From Camelus dromedarius (taxonomy: Eukaryota), in NCBI RefSeq assembly GCF_036321535.1, contig NC_087436.1, forward strand, positions 3,782,001-3,846,000: a DNA stretch of 64,000 nt, read 5' to 3'. This document shows positions 14,034-26,995 of the stretch, piece after piece (the stretch's first letter is position 1; each line of letters opens with the position of its first letter). The notes under the pieces were generated by a model. It did no database searches. It had not been told where the DNA came from and was given only the letters and a program-made list of their open reading frames with translations. The translations under genes and the position numbers were made by a program.

Positions 14034-17010
14034 TAGCACAAAGGGAACGGGTTGCAGGAGAAACTATTACTCTGGATTCTCAGTCTGTTTCCTAATGCCG
14101 GTTTGAAGTTCCTGCAGTTTTCACTGTAAAACCGAGTTGGAGCTAGTACCTCCCCATATATATGTATGGAGTGGATTTGGCAACTGAAAAGAAACTTTGT
14201 GTTCCCAACAAGTTAGGTGAAGGACGGCTTTCACACACACTTATCTCTCAGAACTGAGCATGTGGAGAGACGTTCGTTCATCTAGCACAAAGGGAACGGG
14301 TTGCAGGAGAAAATTTTACTCTGGTTTCTCAGTCTGTTTCCTGTTGCCGGTTTGATGTTCCTGCAGTTTTCACTGTAAACCGAGTTGGAGCTTGTACTTC
14401 CCCATATATATGTATGGTTTTGAGTTTGCAACTGAAAAGAAACTTTGTGTTCCCAACAAGCTAGGTGAAGGAAGGCTTCACTCACAATTATCTCTGAGAA
14501 CTTAGCATGTGGAGAGACGTTCGTTCATCTTGCTCAAAGTGAACTGGATGCAGGTGAAACTTTTTCTCTGGTTTCTCAGTCTGTTTCCTAGTGCCGGTTT
14601 GAAGTTCCTGCAGTTTTCACTATAAAACCGAGTTGGAACTAGTACTTCCCCTTATATATTTATGGAGTATAGTTTGCAAATGAAAAGAAACTCTGTGTTC
14701 CCAACAAGCTAGGTGAAGGACGGCTTTCACACACACTTATCTCTCAGAACTGAGCATGTGGAGAGACGTTCGTTCATCTAGCACAAAGTGATCGGGTTCA
14801 GGGTAAGCTTTTACTCTGGTTTCTCAGTCTGTTTCTAGTGCCGGTTGGAAGTTCCTGCAGTTTTCACTGTAAAACCGAGTTGGAGCAAGTACCTCCCCAT
14901 ATTTATGTATGGAGTAGAGTTTGCAACTGAAAAGGAACTCTGTGTTCCCAACAAGCTATGTGAAGGACGGCTTTTACACACATTTATCTCTCAGAACTGA
15001 GCATGTGGAGAGACGTTCGTTCATCTAGCACAAAGGGATCGGGTTGCAGGAGGAACTTTTTCTCTGGATTTTCAGTCTGTTTCCTAGTGCCGTTTTGAAG
15101 ATCCTGCAGTTTTCACTGTAAAACCAAGTTGTAGCTAGTACCTACCCATATATATGTATGGAGTGGAATTTGCAACTGAAAAGAAACTTTGTGTTCCCAA
15201 CAAGCAAAGTAAAGGACGGCTTTCACACACTCTTGTCTCTCAGAACTGAGCATGTGGAGAGACGTTCGTTCATCTAGCACAAAGGGAACGGGTTGCAGGA
15301 GAAAATTTTACTCTGGTTTCTCAGTCTGTTTCCTGTTGCCGGTTTGATGTTCCTGCAGTTTTCACTGTAAACCGAGTTGGAGCTTGTACTTCCCCATATA
15401 TATGTATGGTTTTGAGTTTGCAACTGAAAAGAAACTTAGTGTTCCCAACAAGCTAGGTGAAGGAAGGCTTCACTCACAATTATCTCTCAGAACTTAGCAT
15501 GTGGAGTGACGTTCGTTCATCTTGCTCAAAGTGAACTGGATGCAGGTGAAACTTTTTCTCTGGTTTCTCAGTCTGTTTCCTAGTGCCGGTTTGAAGTTCC
15601 TGCAGTTTTCACTGTAAAACCGAGTTGGAACTAGTACTTCCCCTTATATATTTATGGAGTATAGTTTGCAAATGAAAAGAAACTTTGTGTTCCCAACAAG
15701 CTAGGTGAAGGACGGCTTTCACACACACTTATCTCTCAGAACTGAGCATGTGGAGAGACGTTCGTTCATCTAGCACAAAGTGATCGGGTTCAGGGGAAGC
15801 TTTTACTCTGGTTTATCAGTCTGTTTCTAGTGCCGGTTGGAAGTTCCTGCAGTTTTCACTGTAAAACCGAGTTGGAGCTAGTACCTCCCCATATTTATGT
15901 ATGGAGTAGAGTTTGCAACTGAAAAGGAACTCTGTGTTCCCAACAAGCTATGTGAAGGACGGCTTTTACACACATTTATCTCTCAGAACTGAGCATGTGG
16001 AGAGACGTTCGTTCATCTAGCACAAAGGGAACGGGTTGCAGGAGAAATATTACTCTGGTTTCTCAGTCTGTTTCCTAGTGCCGGTTTGAAGTTCCTGCAG
16101 TTTTCACTGTAAAACCGAGTTGGAGCTAGTACCTCCACATATATATCTAAGGAGTGGAGTTTGCAACTGAAAAGAAACTTTGTGCTCCCAACAAGCTAGG
16201 TGAAGGAAGGCTTTCACACAAACATATCACTCAGAACTGAGCATGTGGAAAGACGTTCGTTCATCTAGCACAAATGGAACGGGTTGCAGGTGAAACTTTT
16301 ACTCTGGTTTCTCAGTCTATTTCCTAGTGCCAGTTTGAAGTTCCTGCAGTTTTCACTGTAAACCGAGTTGGAGCTAGTACTTCCCCATATATATGTATGG
16401 TTTTGAGTTTGCAACTGAAAAGAAACTTTGTGTTCCCAACAAGCTTGTTGAAGGACGGCTTTCACACACAATTATCTCTTAGAAATGAGCATGTAGAGAG
16501 ACTTTCGTTCATCTAGCACAAAGGGATCGGGTTGCAGGAGGAACTTTTTCTCTGGATTTTCAGTCTGTTTCCTAGTGCCGTTTTGAAGATCCTGCAGTTT
16601 TCACTGTAAAACCAAGTTGTAGCTAGTACCTACCCATATATATGTATGGAGTGGAATTTGCAACTGAAAAGAAACTTTGTGTTCCCAACAAGCAAAGTAA
16701 AGGACGGCTTTCACACACTCTTGTCTCTCAGAACTGAGCATGTGGAGAGACGTTCGTTCATCTAGCGCAAAGGGAACGGGTTGCAGGAGAAACTTTTACT
16801 CTGGTTTCTCAGTCTGTTTCCTGTTGCCGGTTTGATGTTCCTGCAGTTTTCACTGTAAACCGAGTTGGAGCTAGTACCTCCCCATATTTATGTATGGAGT
16901 AGAGTTTGCAACAGAAAAGGAACTCTGTGTTCCCAACAAGCTATGTGAAGGACGGCTTTTACACACATTTATCTCTCAGAACTGAGCATGTGGAGAGACG
17001 TTCGTTCATC
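4850..17010 (+). repeat. 7-monomer higher-order repeat (period ~1737 bp) with truncated variants
   Basis: The monomer type marked by cctccacatatatatctaagg, tgtgctccc and caaacatatcactc occurs at ~4850, 6587, 10557, 12295 and 16017. It is followed by the same ordered set of diagnostic monomers (gggatcggg..caagcaaagtaaagg; cttgctcaaagtgaactggatg; aagtgatcgggttcagggg). Confidence 0.85.
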
Positions 17011-20000
17011 TAGCACAAAGGGAACGGGTTGCAGGAGAAACTTTTACTCTGGATTCTCAGTCTGTTTCCTGTTGCCGGTTTGATGTTCCTGCAGTTTTCA
17101 CTGTAAAACCGAGTTGGAGCTAGTACATCCCCATATATATGTATGGAGTGGAGTTTGCAACTGAAAAGAAACTTTGTGTTCCCAAAAGCTAGGTGAAGGA
17201 CGGCTTCACATACAATTATCTCTCAGAACTGAGCATGTGGGGAGACGTTCGTTCAACTAGCACAAAGGGAACCGTTTGCCGGAGTAACTTTTACTCTGGT
17301 TTCTCAGTCTGTTTCCTGTTGCCGGTTTTAAGTTCCTGCAGGTTTCACTGTAAAACCGAGTTGGAGCTAGTACATCCCCATATATATGTATGGAGTGGAG
17401 TTTGCAACTGAAAAGAAACTTTGTGATCCCAACAAGCTAGGTGAAGGACGGCTTCACACACACTTATCTCTCAGAACTGAGCATGTGGAGAGACGTTCGT
17501 TCATCTAGCACAAAGGGAACGGGTTGCAGGAGAAACTTTTACTCTGGTTTCTCAGTCTGTTTCCTAGTGCCGGTTTGAAGTTCCTGCAGTTTTCACTGTA
17601 AAACCGAGTTGGAGCTTTTACCACCCCATATATATCTATGGAGTGTAGTTTGCAACTGGAAAGAAACTTTCTCTTCCCAAAAATCTAGGTGAAGGACGGC
17701 TTTCAAACACACTCATCTCTCCGAAATGAACATGTGGAGAGACGTTCGTTCATCTAGCACAAAGGGAACAAGTTGCAGTAGAAACTTTTACTCTGGTATC
17801 TCAGTCTGTTTCTTAGTGCCAGTTGGAAGTTCCTGAAGTTTTCACTGTAAAACCGAGTTTCAGCTAGTACCTCCCCATATATATGTATGGAGTGGAGTTT
17901 GCAACTGAAAAGAAACTTTGTTTTCCAAACAAGCTAGGTGAAGGACGGCTTTCACACACACTTTTCTCTCAGAAATGAGCATGTGGATAGACGTTCGTTC
18001 ATCTAGCACAAATGGAACGGGTTCCAGGAGAAACAATTATTCTGGTTTCTCAGTCTGTTTCCTAGTTCCTGTTTGAAGTTCCTGCAGTTTTCACTGTAAA
18101 ACCGAGTGGAGCTACTACCGCCCCATATATAGGTATGGATTGGAGTTTGCAACTGAAAAGAAACTTTGCGTTCCCAACAAGCTAGGTGAAGGACGGCTTA
18201 CACACACACTTATCTCTCAGAACTGAGCATGTGGAGAGACATTCGTTCATCTAGCAATAATGGAACGCTTTGCAGGGGAAACTTTTACTCTGGTTTCTCA
18301 GTCTGTTTCCTAGTGCCGGTTTGAAGTTCCTGCAGTTTTCACTGTAAAACCGTGTTGGAGCTAGTACATCTCCATATATAAGTAAGGAGTGGAGTTTGCC
18401 ACTGAAAAGAAACTCTGTGTTCCCAAAAAGCAAGTGAAGTACGGCTTTCAAACACACGTATCTCTCAGAACTGAGCATGTGGAGAGATGTTCTTTCATCT
18501 AGCACAAAGGGAACGGGATGCAGGAGAAATTTTACTCTGATTTCTCAGTCTGTTTCCTAGTGCCGGTTTGAAGTTCCTGCAGTTTTCACTGTAAAACCGA
18601 GTTGGAGCTAGTACCTCCCCATATATATGAAGGAAGTGGAGTTTGCAAGTGAAAAGAAACTTTGTGTTCCCAACAAGCTAGGTGAAGGACGGCTTTCACA
18701 CACACTTATCTCTCAGAACTGAGCATGTGGAGAGACGTTCGTTCATCTAGCACAATGGGAACGGGTTGCAGTAGAAACTTTTACTCTGGATTCTCAGTCT
18801 GTTTCCTACTACCTGTTTGAAGTTCCTGCAGTTTTCACTGTAAAACCGAGTTGGAGCTAGTACATATCCATATATATGTATGGAGTGGAGTTTGCAACAG
18901 GAAAGAAACTCTGTGTTCCCAAAAGCTAGGTGAAGGACGGCTTCACACACAATTATCTCTCAGAACTGAGCATGTGGGGAGACGTTCGTTTAACTAGCAC
19001 AAAGGGAACCGTTTGCCGGAGTAACTTTTACTCTGGTTTCTCATTCTGTTTCATAGTGCCGGTTTTAAGTTCCTGCAGATTTCACTGTAAAAACGATTTG
19101 GAGCTAGTTCCTCCCCATATATATGTATGGAGTAGAGTTTGCAAGTGAAAAGAAACTTTGTGTTCCCAACAAGCTAGGTGAAGGACGGCTTTCACACACA
19201 CTTATCTCTCAGAACTGAGCATGTGGAGAGACGTTCGTTCATCTAGCACAAAGTGATCGTGTTCAGGGGAAGCTATTACTCTGGTTTATCAGTCTGTTTC
19301 TAGTGCCGGTTGGAAGTTCCTGCAGTTTTCACTGTAAAACCGAGTTGGAGCTAGTACCTCCCCATATATATGTATGGAGTAGAGTTTCCAACTGAAAAGA
19401 AACTCTGTGTTCCCAACAAGCTATGTGAAGGACGGCTTTTACACACATTTATCTCTCAGAACTGAGCATGTGGAGAGACGTTCGTTCATCTAGCACAAAG
19501 GGAACAGGTTGCAGGAGAAACTTTTACTCTGGATTCTCAGTCTGTTTCCTGTTGCCGGTTTGATGTTCCTGCAGTTTTCACTGTAAAACCGAGTTGGTGC
19601 TAGTACATCCCCATATATATGTATGGAGTGGAGTTTGCAACTGAAAAGAAACTTTGTGTTCCCAAAAGCTAGGTGAAGGACGGCTTCACACACAATTATC
19701 TCTCAGAACTGAGCATGTGGGGAGACGATCGTTCAACTAGCACAAAGGGAAACGTTTGCCGGAGTAACTTTTACTCTGGTTTCTCAGTCTGTTTCATAGT
19801 GCCGGTTTTAAGTTCCTGCAGGTTTCACTGTAAAAACGAGTTGGAGCTAGTACCTCCCCATATATATGTATGGAGTAGAGTTTGCAAGTGAAAAGAAACT
19901 TTGTGTTCCCAACAAGCTAGGTGAAGGACGGCTTTCACACACACTTATCTCTCAGAACTGAGCATGTGGAGAGACGTTCGTTCATCTAGCACAAAGTGAT

Positions 20001-21289
20001 CGGGTTCAGGGGAAGCTATTACTCTGGTTTATCAGTCTGTTTCTAGTGCCGGTTGGAAGTTCCTGCAGTTTTCATTGTAAAACCGAGTTTTAGCTAGTAC
20101 CTCCCCATATATATCTACGGAGTTGAGTTTGCAACTGGAAAGAAACTTTGTGTTCCCAACAAGCTAGGGAAGTACGGCTGTCACACACACTTATCCCTCA
20201 GAATTAAGCATGTGGAGAGACGTTCATTCATCTAGCAAAATGGGAACGGGTTGCAGGAGAAACTATTACTCTGTTTTCTCAGTCTGTGTCCTAGTGCCGG
20301 TTTGAAGTTCCTGCAGTTTTCACTGTAAAACCGAGTTGGAACTATTACATCCCCATATATATGTATGGAGTGGAGTTTGCAACTGAAAAGAAACTTTGTG
20401 TTCCCAACAAGCTAGGTGAAGGACGGCTTTCACACACACTTATCTCTCAGAACTAAGCATGTGGAGAGACGTTCGTTCATCTAGCACAAAGGGAACGGGT
20501 TGCAGGAGAAATTTTTACTCTGTTTTCTGTGTCTGTTTCCTACTGCCGGTTTGAAGTTCCTGAAGTTTTCACTGTAAAACTGAGTTGGAGCTTGTACCTC
20601 CTCATATATATGTATGGAGTGGAATATGCCAGTGAAAAGAAACTTTGTGTTCCCAACAAGTTAGGTGAAGGACGGCTTTCACCCACACTTATCTCTCAGA
20701 ACTGAGCATGTGGAGAGACGTTCGTTCATCTAGCACAAAGGGAACGGGTTGCAGGAGAAACTTTTACTCTGGTTTCTCAGTCTGTTTCCTGTTGCCGGTT
20801 TGATGTTCCTGCAGTTTTCACTGTAAACCGAGTTGGAGCTAGTACTTCCCCATATATATGTATGGTTTTGAGTTTGCAACTGAAAAGAAACTTTGTGTTC
20901 CCAACAAGCTAGGTGAAGTACGGCTTTCACACACACTTATCCCTCAGAATTAAGCATGTGGAGAGACGTTCATTCATCTAGCAAAATGGGAACGGGTTGC
21001 AGGAGAAACTTTTACTCTGTTTTCTGTCTGTGTCCTAGTGCCGGTTTGAAGTTCCTGCAGTTTTCACTGTAAAACCGATTTGGAACTAATACATCCGCAT
21101 ATATATATATGGAGTGGAGTTTGCAACTGAAAAGAAACTTTGTGTTCCCAACAAGCTAGGTGAAGGACGGATTTCACACACACTTATCTCTCAGAACTGA
21201 GCATGTGGAAAGAGTATCGTTCATCTAGCACAAAGGGAACGGGTTCCAGCAGAAACTTTTACTCTGGTTTCTCAGTCTATTTCCTAGTG

Positions 21290-24200
21290 CCGGTTTGAAG
21301 TACCTGCAGTTTTCACTGTAAAACCGAGTTGGAGCTAGTACCTCCCCATATATAATTATGGAGTGGAGTTTGCAATTGAAAAGAAACTTTGTGATCCCAA
21401 CAAGCTAGGTGAAGCACGGCTTCACACACACTTATCTCTCAGAACTGAGCATGTGGAGAGACGTTCGTTCATCTAGCACAAAGGGAACGGGTTGCAGGAG
21501 AAACTTTTACTCTGGTTTCTCAGTCTGTTTCCTAGTGCCGGATTGAAGTACCTGCAGTTTTCACTGTAAAACCGAGTTGGAGCTAGTACCTCCCCATATA
21601 TAATTATGGAGTGGAGTTTGCAATTGAAAAGAAACTTTGTGATCCCAACAAGCTAGGTGAAGGACGGCTTCACACACACTTATCTCTCAGAACTGAGCAT
21701 GTGGAAAGAGTATCGTTCATCTAGCACAAAGGGAACGGGTTCCAGCAGAAACTTTTACTCTGGTTTCTCAGTCTATTTCCTAGTGCCGGTTTGAAGTACC
21801 TGCAGTTTTCACTGTAAAACCGAGTTGGAGCTAGTACCTCCCCATATATAATTATGGAGTGGAGTTTGCAATTGAAAAGAAACTTTGTGATCCCAACAAG
21901 CTAGGTGAAGGACGGCTTCACACACACTTATCTCTCAGAACTGAGCATGTGGAGAGACGTTCGTTCATCTAGCACAAAGGGAACGGGTTGCAGGAGAAAC
22001 TTTTACTCTGGTTTCTCAGTCTGTTTCCTAGTGCCGGTTTGAAGTTCCTGCAGATTTCACTGTAAAAACGAGTTGGAGCTAGTTCCTGCCCATATATATG
22101 TATGGAGTAGAGTTTGCAAGTGAAAAGAAACTTTGTGTTCCCAACAAGCTAGGTGAAGGACGGCTTTCACACACACTTATCTCTCAGAACTGAGCATGTG
22201 GAGAGACGTTCGTTCATCTAGCACAAAGTGATCAGGTTCAGGGGAAGCTATTACTCTGGTTTATCAGTCTGTTTCTAGTGCCGGTTGGAAGTTCCTGCAG
22301 TTTTCACTGTAAAACCGAGTTGGAGCTAGTACCTCCCCATATATATGTATGGAGTAGAGTTTGCAACTGAAAAGAAACTCTGTGTTCCCAACAAGCTATG
22401 TGAAGGACGGCTTTTACACACATTTATCTCTCAGAACTGAGCATGTGGAGAGACGTTCGTTCATCTAGCACAAAGGGAACGGGTTGCAGGAGAAACTTTT
22501 ACTCTGCATTCTCAGTCTGTTTCCTGTTGCCGGTTTGATGTTCCTGCAGTTTTCACTGTAAAACCGAGTTGGAGCTAGTACATCCCCATATATATGTATG
22601 GAGTGGAGTTTGCAACTGAAAAGAAACTTTGTGTTCCCAAAAGCTAGGTGAAGGACGGCTTCACACACAATTATCTCTCAGAACTGAGCATGTGGGGAGA
22701 CGTTCGTTCAACTAGCACAAAGGGAAACGTTTGCCGGAGTAACTTTTACTCTGGTTTCTCAGTCTGTTTCATAGTGCCGGTTTTAAGTTCCTGCAGGTTT
22801 CACTGTAAAAACGAGTTGGAGCTAGTACCTCCCCATATATATGTATGGAGTAGAGTTTGCAAGTGAAAAGAAACTTTGTGTTCCCAACAAGCAAGGTGAA
22901 GGACGGCTTTCACACACACTTATCTCTCAGAACTGAGCATGTGGAGAGACGTTCGTTCATTTAGCACAAAGTGATTGGGTTCAGGGGAAGATATTACTCT
23001 GGTTTCTCAGTGTGTTTCTAGTGCCGGTTGGAAGTTCCTGCAGTTTTCACTGTAAAACCGAGTTGGAGCTAGTACCTCCCCATATATATCTACGGAGTTG
23101 AGTTTGCAACTGGAAAGAAACTTTGTGTTCCCAACAAACTAGGTGAAGTACGGCTTTCACACACACTTATCCCTCAGAATTAAGCATGTGGAGAGAGGTT
23201 CATTCATCTAGCAAATTGGGAACGGGTTGCAGGAGAAACTTTTACTCTGTTTTCTCAGTCTGTGTCCTAGTGCCGGTTTGAAGTTCCTGCAGTTTTCACT
23301 GTAAACCCGAGTTGGAACTAATACATCCCCATATATATATATGGAGTGGAGTTTGCAACTGAAAAGAAACTTTGTGTTCCCAACAAGTTAGGTGAAGGAC
23401 GGATTTCACACACACTTATCTCTCAGAACTGAGCATGTGGAAAGAGTATCGTTCATCTAGCACAAAGGGAACGGGTTCCAGCAGAAACTTTTACTCTGTT
23501 TTCTCAGTCTATTTCCTAGTGCCGGTTTGAAGTACCTGCAGTTTTCACTGTAAAACCGAGTTGGAGATAGTACCTCCCCATATATAATTATGGAGTGGAG
23601 TTTGCAACTGGAAAGAAACTTTCTCTTCCCAACAAGCTAGTTGAAGTACGGCTTTCACACACACTTATCTCTCAGAACTGAGCAAGTGGAAAGAGTTCCG
23701 TTAGTCTAGCACAAAGGGAACGGGTTCCAGCAGAAACCTTTACTCTGGTATCTCAGTCTACTTCCTACTGCCGTTTGAAGTTCCTGCAGTATTCACTGAA
23801 AATCCGAGTTGGAGCTAGTACCTCCCCATATATATGTATGGAGTGGAGTTTGCAACAGAAAAGAAACTTTGTGTTCCCAACAATCTAGGTGAAGGACGGA
23901 TTTCACACACACTCATCTCTCCGAAATGAGCATGTGGAGAGACGTTCGTTCATCTAGCACAAAGGGAACAAGTTGCAGTAGAAACATTTACTCTGGTTTC
24001 TCAGTCTGTTTCTTAGTGCCAGTTGGAAGTTCCTGAAGTTTTCACTGTAAAACCGAGTTGGAGCTAGTACCTCCCCATATATATGTATGGAGTGGAGTTT
24101 GCAACTGAAAAGAAACTTTGTTTTCCAAACAAGCTAGGTGAAGGACGGCTTTCACACACACTTTTCTCTCAGAACTGAGCATGTGGATAGACGTTCGTTC

Positions 24201-26995
24201 ATCTAGCACAAATGGAACGGGTTCCAGGAGAAACATTTGTTCTGGTTTCTCAGTCTGTTTTCTAGTGCCTGTTTGAAGTTCCTGCAGTTTTCACTGTAAA
24301 ACCGAGTTGGAGCTAGTACATCCCCATATATATGTATGGAGTGGAGTTTGCAACTGAAAAGAAACTTTGTGTTCCCAAAAGCTAGGTGAAGGACGGCTTC
24401 ACACACAATTATCTCTCAGAACTGAGCATGTGGGGAGACGTTCGTTCAACTAGCACAAAGGGAAACGTTTGCCGGAGTAACTTTTACTCTGGTTTCTCAG
24501 TCTGTTTCATAGTGCCGGTTTGAAGTACCTGCAGTTTTCACTGTAAAACCGAGTTGGAGCTAGTACCTCCCCATATATAATTATGGAGTGGAGTTTGCAA
24601 TTGAAAAGAAACTTTGTGATCCCAACAAGCTAGGTGAAGGACGGCTTCACACACACTTATCTCTCAGAACTGAGCATGTGGAGAGACGTTCGTTCATCTA
24701 GCACAAAGGGAACGGGTTGCAGGAGAAACTTTTACTCTGGTTTCTCAGTCTGTTTCCTAGTGCCGGATTGAAGTACCTGCAGTTTTCACTGTAAAACCGA
24801 GTTGGAGCTAGTACCTCCCCATATATAATTATGGAGTGGAGTTTGCAATTGAAAAGAAACTTTGTGATCCCAACAAGCTAGGTGAAGGACGGCTTCACAC
24901 ACACTTATCTCTCAGAACTGAGCATGTGGAAAGAGTATCGTTCATCTAGCACAAAGGGAACGGGTTCCAGCAGAAACTTTTACTCTGGTTTCTCAGTCTA
25001 TTTCCTAGTGCCGGTTTGAAGTACCTGCAGTTTTCACTGTAAAACCGAGTTGGAGCTAGTACCTCCCCATATATAATTATGGAGTGGAGTTTGCAATTGA
25101 AAAGAAACTTTGTGATCCCAACAAGCTAGGTGAAGGACGGCTTCACACACACTTATCTCTCAGAACTGAGCATGTGGAGAGACGTTCGTTCATCTAGCAC
25201 AAAGGGAACGGGTTGCAGGAGAAACTTTTACTCTGGTTTCTCAGTCTGTTTCCTAGTGCCGGTTTGAAGTTCCTGCAGATTTCACTGTAAAAACGAGTTG
25301 GAGCTAGTTCCTGCCCATATATATGTATGGAGTAGAGTTTGCAAGTGAAAAGAAACTTTGTGTTCCCAACAAGCTAGGTGAAGGACGGCTTTCACACACA
25401 CTTATCTCTCAGAACTGAGCATGTGGAGAGACGTTCGTTCATCTAGCACAAAGTGATCAGGTTCAGGGGAAGCTATTACTCTGGTTTATCAGTCTGTTTC
25501 TAGTGCCGGTTGGAAGTTCCTGCAGTTTTCACTGTAAAACCGAGTTGGAGCTAGTACCTCCCCATATATATGTATGGAGTAGAGTTTGCAACTGAAAAGA
25601 AACTCTGTGTTCCCAACAAGCTATGTGAAGGACGGCTTTTACACACATTTATCTCTCAGAACTGAGCATGTGGAGAGACGTTCGTTCATCTAGCACAAAG
25701 GGAACGGGTTGCAGGAGAAACTTTTACTCTGCATTCTCAGTCTGTTTCCTGTTGCCGGTTTGATGTTCCTGCAGTTTTCACTGTAAAACCGAGTTGGAGC
25801 TAGTACATCCCCATATATATGTATGGAGTGGAGTTTGCAACTGAAAAGAAACTTTGTGTTCCCAAAAGCTAGGTGAAGGACGGCTTCACACACAATTATC
25901 TCTCAGAACTGAGCATGTGGGGAGACGTTCGTTCAACTAGCACAAAGGGAAACGTTTGCCGGAGTAACTTTTACTCTGGTTTCTCAGTCTGTTTCATAGT
26001 GCCGGTTTTAAGTTCCTGCAGGTTTCACTGTAAAAACGAGTTGGAGCTAGTACCTCCCCATATATATGTATGGAGTAGAGTTTGCAAGTGAAAAGAAACT
26101 TTGTGTTCCCAACAAGCAAGGTGAAGGACGGCTTTCACACACACTTATCTCTCAGAACTGAGCATGTGGAGAGACGTTCGTTCATTTAGCACAAAGTGAT
26201 TGGGTTCAGGGGAAGATATTACTCTGGTTTCTCAGTGTGTTTCTAGTGCCGGTTGGAAGTTCCTGCAGTTTTCACTGTAAAACCGAGTTGGAGCTAGTAC
26301 CTCCCCATATATATCTACGGAGTTGAGTTTGCAACTGGAAAGAAACTTTGTGTTCCCAACAAACTAGGTGAAGTACGGCTTTCACACACACTTATCCCTC
26401 AGAATTAAGCATGTGGAGAGAGGTTCATTCATCTAGCAAATTGGGAACGGGTTGCAGGAGAAACTTTTACTCTGTTTTCTCAGTCTGTGTCCTAGTGCCG
26501 GTTTGAAGTTCCTGCAGTTTTCACTGTAAACCCGAGTTGGAACTAATACATCCCCATATATATATATGGAGTGGAGTTTGCAACTGAAAAGAAACTTTGT
26601 GTTCCCAACAAGTTAGGTGAAGGACGGATTTCACACACACTTATCTCTCAGAACTGAGCATGTGGATAGACGTTCGTTCATCTAGCACAAATGGAACGGG
26701 TTCCAGGAGAAACATTTGTTCTGGTTTCTCAGTCTGTTTTCTAGTGCCTGTTTGAAGTTCCTGCAGTTTTCACTGTAAAACCGAGTTGGAGCTAGTACAT
26801 CCCCATATATATGTATGGAGTGGAGTTTGCAACTGAAAAGAAACTTTGTGTTCCCAAAAGCTAGGTGAAGGACGGCTTCACACACAATTATCTCTCAGAA
26901 CTGAGCATGTGGGGAGACGTTCGTTCAACTAGCACAAAGGGAAACGTTTGCCGGAGTAACTTTTACTCTGGTTTCTCAGTCTGTTTCATAGTGCC
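21290..26995 (+). repeat. Tandem duplication: 13-monomer unit (~21290-24515) and 10-monomer copy (~24515-26995) lacking three monomers
   Basis: Offset is 3225 (gattgaagta at 21541 and 24766; ORFs 22465/25690 and 22648/25873). It switches to 2479 after ~26665 (ORFs 24203/26682). Confidence 0.85.
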
